A stretch of 64,000 nucleotides of DNA from Candidatus Omnitrophota bacterium (lineage in GTDB: Bacteria; Omnitrophota; Gorgyraeia; Pluralincolimonadales; CAZUZR01): the NCBI GenBank assembly GCA_043821025.1, contig JBDRDF010000032.1:11261-75260 (forward strand), in the 5' to 3' direction. The notes beneath the pieces were generated by a model. The model saw nothing but the letters and a program-made list of their open reading frames with translations. It was not told the DNA's origin and did no database searches. Shown in pieces: positions 57,774-64,000 of this stretch (position 1 is the first letter of the stretch; every line of letters starts with the position of its first letter). The position numbers and the translations under genes were made by a program.

Positions 57774-58760
57774 TTGTGTTTCATAGAAAAATTAAGAGAT
57801 AAAGTTCTCTCCGGCGAAGATATTTCATTCGGCGAAGCAGAGGAATTATTAAATACATCCGAACGCGAATTTTATTCACTTCTTAGTACCGCAAATTCCA
57901 TCCGCGGGAAATATCGAAGCAATATCGTAAACTTATGTTCCATCACAAACGCGAAATCCGGAAACTGCCCTGAGGATTGCGCATTTTGTTCTCAGTCCAG
58001 CTATCATAATGCTGATGTCCCGGAATATCCCTTACTTTCTGCCGATGAGATATTGAATAGAGCCAGAGAAGCTGCTAAAGTAAAGACGAACAGGTTTTGT
58101 ATCGTTATAAGCGGCAGAGGGGTAGATGAACTAGATGAACTTGATACCATTTGCGATGTGATTAGAAAAGTAAGGGTTGAATTCCCGAAACTTAAAATCG
58201 ATGCCTCCCTCGGATTTATTTCTAAAGAAGGGATTTATAGATTAAAGGAGGCAGGCCTTACAAGGTATAACCATAATTTAGAGACGGCAAAAAGCTATTT
58301 TTCCAGCGTATGCACAACTCACCGTTACGAAGATAGGGTCGCAACCATCAAGGATTTAAAGGAAGCAGAATTGGAGGTCTGTTGCGGCGGGATTTTCGGA
58401 TTGGGCGAGACGCAAAATCAGAGATTGGAGCTTGCATTCGCGTTAAGGGAATTAGATGTTGATTGTGTTCCGATCAATTTTTTAAATCCAATAGCCGGAA
58501 CGCAATTTGAAAATAACCCGCCTTTAAAACCATTGGAATTGCTTAAGATGATTGCTATCTATAGATTTATCCTGCCGAAAAAAGAGATAAGGATCTGCGG
58601 TGGCAGGCAAGTAAATTTACGAAGCCTTCAACCATTGATTTTTACTGCTGGAGCAGATGCGATTATTATCGGAAATTACCTAACGACCAAAGGCAGTACT
58701 CCTGAAGAAGATTTAAAGATGATAGAAGATATGGGATTAAAAGTCGATGGAGCCTCTTAG
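57774..58760 (+). CDS. bioB: Biotin synthase
   Basis: CPEDCAFCSQS, YNHNLET, CCGGIFGLGE and GNYLTT. Confidence 0.95.
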   Translation: MCFIEKLRDKVLSGEDISFGEAEELLNTSEREFYSLLSTANSIRGKYRSNIVNLCSITNAKSGNCPEDCAFCSQSSYHNADVPEYPLLSADEILNRAREAAKVKTNRFCIVISGRGVDELDELDTICDVIRKVRVEFPKLKIDASLGFISKEGIYRLKEAGLTRYNHNLETAKSYFSSVCTTHRYEDRVATIKDLKEAELEVCCGGIFGLGETQNQRLELAFALRELDVDCVPINFLNPIAGTQFENNPPLKPLELLKMIAIYRFILPKKEIRICGGRQVNLRSLQPLIFTAGADAIIIGNYLTTKGSTPEEDLKMIEDMGLKVDGAS

Positions 58761-59913
58761 GAAGGAATTGGACGAATTAGAGGAGAGGGGACTGCGTCGT
58801 GTTTTGCGCCTTTTGGAAGGCGAGCAGAGAGAAAAGGTCGTAGTTGATGGGAAGGAAGTTCTAAATTTTTGTTCGAACAATTATTTGGGGCTTGCTAATG
58901 ATGAGCGCTTGAAAAACGCAGCGAAAGAAGCGTTAGATAGATACGGATTGGGTTCGGGTGCATCGAGGCTCGTCGTCGGAAATATGAGCCTTCATAGAAG
59001 ATTGGAAGAGAAGATAGCCGCCTTCAAGGGTTACGAGGCGGCTTTATTATTTAATTCTGGCTACACTGCAAACTTGGGTGCAATTTCAGCATTGTGCGGG
59101 AAGAACGATATCGTATTCTCCGATAAATTAAATCATGCCTCCATAGTCGACGGTATTCTCTTAAGCCGAGCAGAATTTAAGCGTTATCCGCATAAGGATA
59201 TGGACGCCCTTGAGGATATGCTTAAAAATTCAGATGGATTTAGGCGCAAGATAATTATAACCGATACGATTTTTAGTATGGACGGAGACATAACGCCGTT
59301 GCCAAAGATCGTTGAGTTAGCAGAGAAATACGGTACATGGGTTTACATAGACGAAGCGCATGCAACAGGCGTCTTAGGTAAAAAAGGCAAGGGAGCGGTT
59401 GAGCATTTTGGTTTAGACGGAAAGGTCCGGGTTCAGATGGGGACTTTAAGTAAAGCAGTTGGTTCGTTCGGCGCATTTATCTGCGGCTCTAAAACGTTAA
59501 TCGATTATTTGATAAATAAGTCGAGAGGTTTTATCTATACGACATCTCTTCCGCCTTCAATTTGTGCGGCATCTATTGTAGCTTTGGAAATAATCGAGAG
59601 GGAATCCGAGTTACGTAAGAAATTATGGGAAAACGTCGCATTTTTAAAAGAGGGCTTGAAGGAGCTTGGGTTCGATACATTGGAAAGCCAGACGCCTATA
59701 ATTCCGATTTTGACGAAAGAGCCAAAGATCACAATGGAATTTAGTAAAAGGTGTTACGAGTATGGAATTTTTGTGCAGGGCATTCGCCCGCCGACGGTGC
59801 CGGAGGGAAAAGCGCGGCTTAGGGTTACAGTTATGGCAACACATAAGAGAGGCGATTTGGAAAAGGCACTCGATTTGTTTAAAAAGGTCGGCAGAGAGTT
59901 GTGGATAATATAA
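58747..59913 (+). CDS. bioF: 8-amino-7-oxononanoate synthase
   Basis: SNNYLGL, NHASIVDG, DEAHATG, GTLSKA and IRPPTVP. Confidence 0.95.
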   Translation: MEPLRKELDELEERGLRRVLRLLEGEQREKVVVDGKEVLNFCSNNYLGLANDERLKNAAKEALDRYGLGSGASRLVVGNMSLHRRLEEKIAAFKGYEAALLFNSGYTANLGAISALCGKNDIVFSDKLNHASIVDGILLSRAEFKRYPHKDMDALEDMLKNSDGFRRKIIITDTIFSMDGDITPLPKIVELAEKYGTWVYIDEAHATGVLGKKGKGAVEHFGLDGKVRVQMGTLSKAVGSFGAFICGSKTLIDYLINKSRGFIYTTSLPPSICAASIVALEIIERESELRKKLWENVAFLKEGLKELGFDTLESQTPIIPILTKEPKITMEFSKRCYEYGIFVQGIRPPTVPEGKARLRVTVMATHKRGDLEKALDLFKKVGRELWII

Positions 59914-60647
59914 TGAATTACCAAATAAGAGGAAAGGGAAGGAATCTCTTTTTCATTCACGGTTGGGGATGCGATTCTCGAGTTTGGGCAAAACTGGTAG
60001 AATCGCTATCGAAAAAATTCTGTGTAATAACGATAGACTTAAGGGGATATGGCAAGTCGGAATGGAGAAGCGAGAATGATTTGCTCGATGCTTTTGCGAC
60101 TGATATTTTGATGCTTTGCAAGGAATTGAATTTAAAGGAGATAAATTTTATAGGTTGGTCTTTAGGTTGCTATGTAATTTTTGAGCTACTTGGGAACGCG
60201 CCTGAAATTATAAACTCAATTGTTTTAGTCGGTGGCACCCCAAAATTTTTAAAGGGCGATGGATTTGAGTTCGGATTCGAAGGGTCAAATTTAAGGCTTA
60301 TGAGGCGTAGGTTAAATCGGGACTTCAATGGTGCGCTTTTAGATTTTTGTCGTTCGATATTTTTTGAAAACAACGAAGGACCGCAACCAAATAAAGATGC
60401 GTTGATTTCGAGCTTAAATATATTGGAGCACGCCGATTTCCGGCAAGATATAAAACGGATTGATACGCCAACGCTGATTGTCTGTGGCGAAGGCGATTCG
60501 ATAACTCCAAAAGCTGCATCCGAATACTTGCACAAGGAGATTAAAGGTTCAAAATTGGTAATCATAAAGGATGCCGGCCATGTTCCCTTTTTGACCCGCC
60601 CAAAAGAATTCAATCGGATTTTAGAAAAATGGATAAACGGAAGATAA
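59913..60647 (+). CDS. bioH: Pimeloyl-ACP methyl ester esterase
   Basis: HGWG, GWSLG nucleophile and AGHVPF; TAATG coupling to bioF. Confidence 0.85.
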   Translation: MNYQIRGKGRNLFFIHGWGCDSRVWAKLVESLSKKFCVITIDLRGYGKSEWRSENDLLDAFATDILMLCKELNLKEINFIGWSLGCYVIFELLGNAPEIINSIVLVGGTPKFLKGDGFEFGFEGSNLRLMRRRLNRDFNGALLDFCRSIFFENNEGPQPNKDALISSLNILEHADFRQDIKRIDTPTLIVCGEGDSITPKAASEYLHKEIKGSKLVIIKDAGHVPFLTRPKEFNRILEKWINGR

Positions 60648-61435
60648 CCGCTTTTTCAAGAGCTGCCAAAACATACGATGAAAATGCTTGGCTTCAGCGC
60701 GAGATGTGGGGTGAGCTTTTTCAGCGCCTTAAGCCTCTAAGTTTAAATTATAACCATATAGTAGATATAGGAATGGGAACCGGAAGGCATACATATGAAT
60801 TGGCTGTCCTTTATCCGGATGCTTTTGTAGTCGGGTTTGATATAGCATCGGGCATGGTTAAATATGCAGCGGACAAAAGATCGTTCCCATCGAATAGGCC
60901 GTTTGTATTACAGGCAGATTTAAATGAGATGCCGTTTAAAGAAGAATCATTTGATATTGCCGTATCTAATGTCGTATATCAAAGTATTCCGGAACTTTTC
61001 GAAGCTTTTTTAGATGTCGAAAGAATTTTAAAACCCAAAGGATTTTTCTGTCTCTCTTTGTTGACAAAAAATACACTATATGAATTACATCTTTCTTTTG
61101 AGAGGGCTTATAAAAATATAAATGGCCTGATACCGCCAACAATTCACGATCATCCTACGGATTCAGCCGTGCTTAGCGCTTTAAAAAAAGCTGGGTTTTC
61201 TATTGTTAAGGTTATGAGATTTAAAAGGCGCCCTGCTTATAAATCAACGTACGAAATCCTCGAGTGGTTAAAAAACATCGGCGCAAATCATCATTATGAT
61301 AATTGGATTCAAGGTATAGGAGGTAGGGCGGTCTTGAAAGAGATAGATGAGATTTACAAAGAAAGATATTCTTCAAACGGCACAATTTTCGCTACCCTTG
61401 AAGGTTTAATAATAAGCGCGAAGAGGAAAGATTGA
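60629..61435 (+). CDS. bioC: Malonyl-ACP O-methyltransferase
   Basis: FSRAAKTYD...LQR, DIGMGTG, TLYEL and LKNIGA. Confidence 0.85.
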   Translation: MDKRKITAFSRAAKTYDENAWLQREMWGELFQRLKPLSLNYNHIVDIGMGTGRHTYELAVLYPDAFVVGFDIASGMVKYAADKRSFPSNRPFVLQADLNEMPFKEESFDIAVSNVVYQSIPELFEAFLDVERILKPKGFFCLSLLTKNTLYELHLSFERAYKNINGLIPPTIHDHPTDSAVLSALKKAGFSIVKVMRFKRRPAYKSTYEILEWLKNIGANHHYDNWIQGIGGRAVLKEIDEIYKERYSSNGTIFATLEGLIISAKRKD

Positions 61436-63549
61436 GGAAGGGAATTTTTATAACAGGGACTGATACCGAGATCGGAAAGACATTTATCGGCGCCGCAATC
61501 GCTTACGGCTTAAAGAAGAAAGGCATCGACTGCGGCGTTATGAAGCCCATTCAATCTGGGGCGATAAAAAAGGATGGTAAGTTAATTTCGCAGGACGCTG
61601 AATTTTTAGTTCGAGCAAGCGACGCAAGGGATGAACTTTCTTTAATCAATCCATATTGTTTTAAAGTTCCGCTTGCCCCAAGCGTGGCTGCAAAAATAGA
61701 AAGAAGAATTATATCGCCGAAAAAGATAATCAACGCATTTAACGTCTTAAGCGCTAGACATCAATTTATGATTGTAGAAGGTGCGGGCGGACTTTTAGTG
61801 CCTATAAGCGATGGATATTTGATGAAGGACCTTGTCTTAGATTTAAATTTACCGATTTTGATAATCTCCCGTTTAGGGTTGGGCACAATAAATCACACGC
61901 TTTTGACAATCGAGGCCGCCCGTAATTTAGGGATTAAGAACGTTGGGATTATATTTAATCAGATCGAAGATAAACCCTTAACGATATGCGAAAAGACAAA
62001 TCCAAAGATAATCTCGAATTTGACAGGAGTTCCGATATTAGGAGCAATCTCACACATTCCTAAGATCGATGCGAAGCGGATTAGGTTAAATATATTAGAA
62101 GATGTTGTGAAGAAAATAGATCTGTCTTCAATTTTGAATGAGAATGGCACAGCTGATAAGAATTATCTAAAAGTTTGGGACAGAAAATATATTTGGCACC
62201 CATTTACGCAAATGAAGGACTACGAAAAAGCAGAGCCTTTGGTTATCGAGGAAGGAAAGGGCTCGTATTTAAAAGATATCGATGGCAGATGGTATTTAGA
62301 CGGCGTATCTTCTTTATGGGTAAATGTCCATGGGCATAGAAACGAAAGATTAAACAGGGTTGTTCGAGAGCAATTGAATAAGATTGCACATTCAACTTTG
62401 CTAGGCGTAGGTAATGAACCCTCAATTGAATTGGCGAAGCGATTGATAGGAATTGCACCTCGTGGCTTGACGAAGGTATTTTATTCAGACAATGGTTCTA
62501 CGGCGGTTGAGATAGCGTTGAAGATGGCGTTTCAGTATTGGCAGCAGAAAGGAAAAAAGGAAAAGGTAAAGTTTATCACTTTTGTAAATGCATACCATGG
62601 AGACACAATAGGCTCGGTTAGCGTCGGTGGCATAGATTTATTTCACAAGATTTATAAGCCGCTTTTGTTTAAATCAATTAAGGTCAATGCCCCATATTGT
62701 TATAGGTGCCACCTAAGTCTGACTTATCCAAAGTGTAAGATAAGATGCCTTAGAGAAATAGAGAGGACAATGAGACGATATCATAACCACGTTGCAGCAC
62801 TTATAATCGAGCCCTTAATTCAAGCGGCAGCGGGAATGATTACACAGCCCAAGGGATTTATTAGAAGATTGCGTAAGTTGTGCGATAGATATGGAATTTT
62901 ATTGATTTTAGATGAGGTTGCCACCGGTTTCGGAAGGACTGGTAGGATGTTCGCATGCGAGCATGAAAATGTCACGCCGGATTTTTTATGCCTTGCTAAA
63001 TCTATCACAGGAGGATATTTGCCATTGGCGGCAACGCTTACTACGGACGAGGTCTATTCAGGATTTCTCGGGGATTACTCTGAGAAAAAGACATTTTTTC
63101 ACGGACATACCTATTCGGGAAATCCATTGGCATGCAAAGTAGCAATCGCTAATTTGGAAATTTTTAAGAAAGAGAAAACATTAAGGAAACTGCAGCCAAA
63201 AATAGAATTTTTAAAGAATAATTTAAGGAGATTTTACGATTTAGACCACGTAGGCGACATAAGGCAACAGGGGATGATGACTGGGATTGAGTTGGTAAAG
63301 AATGAGTCAACAAAAGAACCATATAAATGGGAAGATAGGACAGGGTGGAAGGTGATAGAGGAATTAAGAAAACATGGAATTATCTTAAGGCCGCTTGGGC
63401 CAGTCATCGTCCTTATGCCGCCGCTCAATATCTCCATAAAAGACCTTCGTTTTCTGTTGCGCACCACTTATAATGCCATAGGGACGGTTCTGATGCCAAA
63501 GCTAAAAGTGTCCCCTTATCCACAAGGAAAGGGACACTTCCCTGATTAG
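61432..63549 (+). CDS. bioD-bioA: Dethiobiotin synthetase - DAPA aminotransferase fusion
   Basis: TGTDTEIGKT, VEGAGG and LGTINHT; then WHPFTQM, SSLWVNVHG, DEVATGFGRTG and HGHTYSGNP. Confidence 0.9.
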   Translation: MRKGIFITGTDTEIGKTFIGAAIAYGLKKKGIDCGVMKPIQSGAIKKDGKLISQDAEFLVRASDARDELSLINPYCFKVPLAPSVAAKIERRIISPKKIINAFNVLSARHQFMIVEGAGGLLVPISDGYLMKDLVLDLNLPILIISRLGLGTINHTLLTIEAARNLGIKNVGIIFNQIEDKPLTICEKTNPKIISNLTGVPILGAISHIPKIDAKRIRLNILEDVVKKIDLSSILNENGTADKNYLKVWDRKYIWHPFTQMKDYEKAEPLVIEEGKGSYLKDIDGRWYLDGVSSLWVNVHGHRNERLNRVVREQLNKIAHSTLLGVGNEPSIELAKRLIGIAPRGLTKVFYSDNGSTAVEIALKMAFQYWQQKGKKEKVKFITFVNAYHGDTIGSVSVGGIDLFHKIYKPLLFKSIKVNAPYCYRCHLSLTYPKCKIRCLREIERTMRRYHNHVAALIIEPLIQAAAGMITQPKGFIRRLRKLCDRYGILLILDEVATGFGRTGRMFACEHENVTPDFLCLAKSITGGYLPLAATLTTDEVYSGFLGDYSEKKTFFHGHTYSGNPLACKVAIANLEIFKKEKTLRKLQPKIEFLKNNLRRFYDLDHVGDIRQQGMMTGIELVKNESTKEPYKWEDRTGWKVIEELRKHGIILRPLGPVIVLMPPLNISIKDLRFLLRTTYNAIGTVLMPKLKVSPYPQGKGHFPD

Positions 63550-63565
63550 CACAAGAACCGTCCCT
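63480..63565. repeat. REP/MITE-like nested palindrome overlapping the bioDA 3' end
   Basis: Outer IR AGGGACGGTTCT/AGAACCGTCCCT; inner IR AAGTGTCCC (63506-63514)/GGGACACTT (63531-63539). Confidence 0.75.
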
Positions 63566-63571
63566 TTTTTC

Positions 63572-63624
63572 TTGACAATGTTCAAATTTTTATTATACTA
63601 TATTGAGTGAGCACTCACTCAATA
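63572..63624 (+). promoter_or_regulatory. Promoter and perfect TetR-type operator
   Basis: TTGACA (63572-63577), 16 nt spacer, TATACT; TATTGAGTGAG-CA-CTCACTCAATA at 63601-63624. Confidence 0.85.
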
Positions 63625-63634
63625 AGGAAAGGAT

Positions 63635-64000
63635 ATGGGCACAGTAGACATTTCAGAGTTAAATACTCGTCAAAAGATAATTAACGCGGCACTTTTGGTT
63701 GCAGCGAAAGAGGGCTTTATAAGGGCCACCACAGACCAGATAGCCAAAAGAGCCGGTGTCTCCGAAGGCATAATCTATCACTATTTTAAGAGCAAATACG
63801 ACCTTTGCTGCAATATGATAAAGGAGTATGCCGAAGAGTTCAGACAAAAACTTGTTGATGAAATCGAGAAAAGCCGCACCGCAAAAGATAAATTAGGCAA
63901 ATTGATAGATTTCCATTTTGAGTATTTTACCGGGAAGGATAATATCTTTCAGGCAATCTATGGAAAGTCAGGCGATACAACGGTAATGATGGGTCATATC
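63635..64000 (+). CDS. TetR/AcrR-family regulator (partial, runs off the window)
   Basis: Manual translation MGTVDISELNTRQKIINAALLVAAKEGFIRATTDQIAKRAGVSEGIIYHYFKSK... Confidence 0.9.
   Translation, partial: MGTVDISELNTRQKIINAALLVAAKEGFIRATTDQIAKRAGVSEGIIYHYFKSKYDLCCNMIKEYAEEFRQKLVDEIEKSRTAKDKLGKLIDFHFEYFTGKDNIFQAIYGKSGDTTVMMGHI

Noticed and set aside
615-63847. Numerous minus-strand and alternate-frame ORFs in the track (e.g. 1509-2060, 42138-42749, 54025-54516, 63659-63847)
   Set aside because: They are shadows of well-supported genes and have no recognisable motifs; only tldD and tldE are credible on the minus strand.
1-64000. CRISPR array, DGR, riboswitch, tRNA/rRNA or IS element
   Set aside because: I found no regularly spaced repeats, reverse transcriptase, transposase or recognisable RNA motifs, and the intergenic gaps are short. 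An Rfam scan was not possible.

Overview
A 64 kb, almost entirely + strand, gene-dense chromosomal segment from an AT-rich diderm bacterium. It has TolC and PEP-CTERM proteins, and the gene content suggests Omnitrophota/PVC (inference only). I saw no rRNA, tRNA, CRISPR array, transposase or integrase. Blocks in order: (1) 1-3.9 kb: tail of a GH94, a secreted retropepsin, a CBM11/CIA30-like protein and an MBL hydrolase. (2) 3.9-10.6 kb: two unrelated ATP-grasp ligases, a methyltransferase, a lipoprotein, TldD/TldE and a 58-aa (CC-x2-C-x5-C)x2 peptide missing from the ORF track. (3) 10.7-29.6 kb: an uncharacterised glycan system with three ROK-type operators, two PEP-CTERM proteins, an SBP-permease fusion, a permease with a CBM insertion, GH94, six CBM11-like modules (a seventh at 1.8 kb), three paralogues of an unassigned 'RAMWVW...DxEPY' TIM-barrel family, and two phosphohexomutases. 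(4) 29.6-46.4 kb: an Rrf2-led sulfate assimilation/siroheme operon with two ubiquitin-like sulfur carriers (one fused through GGG to CysK), two E1 enzymes, a JAB protease, truncated Hem enzymes including a HemC-ArsC fusion, and a TAG-interrupted PiT/CysP gene. (5) 46.5-56.3 kb: CsoR-CusCBA-YHS-GalT-CopA. (6) GH16-CBM32, a BirA-box biotin operon with a BioD-BioA fusion, a REP-like nested palindrome, and an autoregulated TetR gene running off the window end. All calls come from motif recognition by eye; no searches were run.
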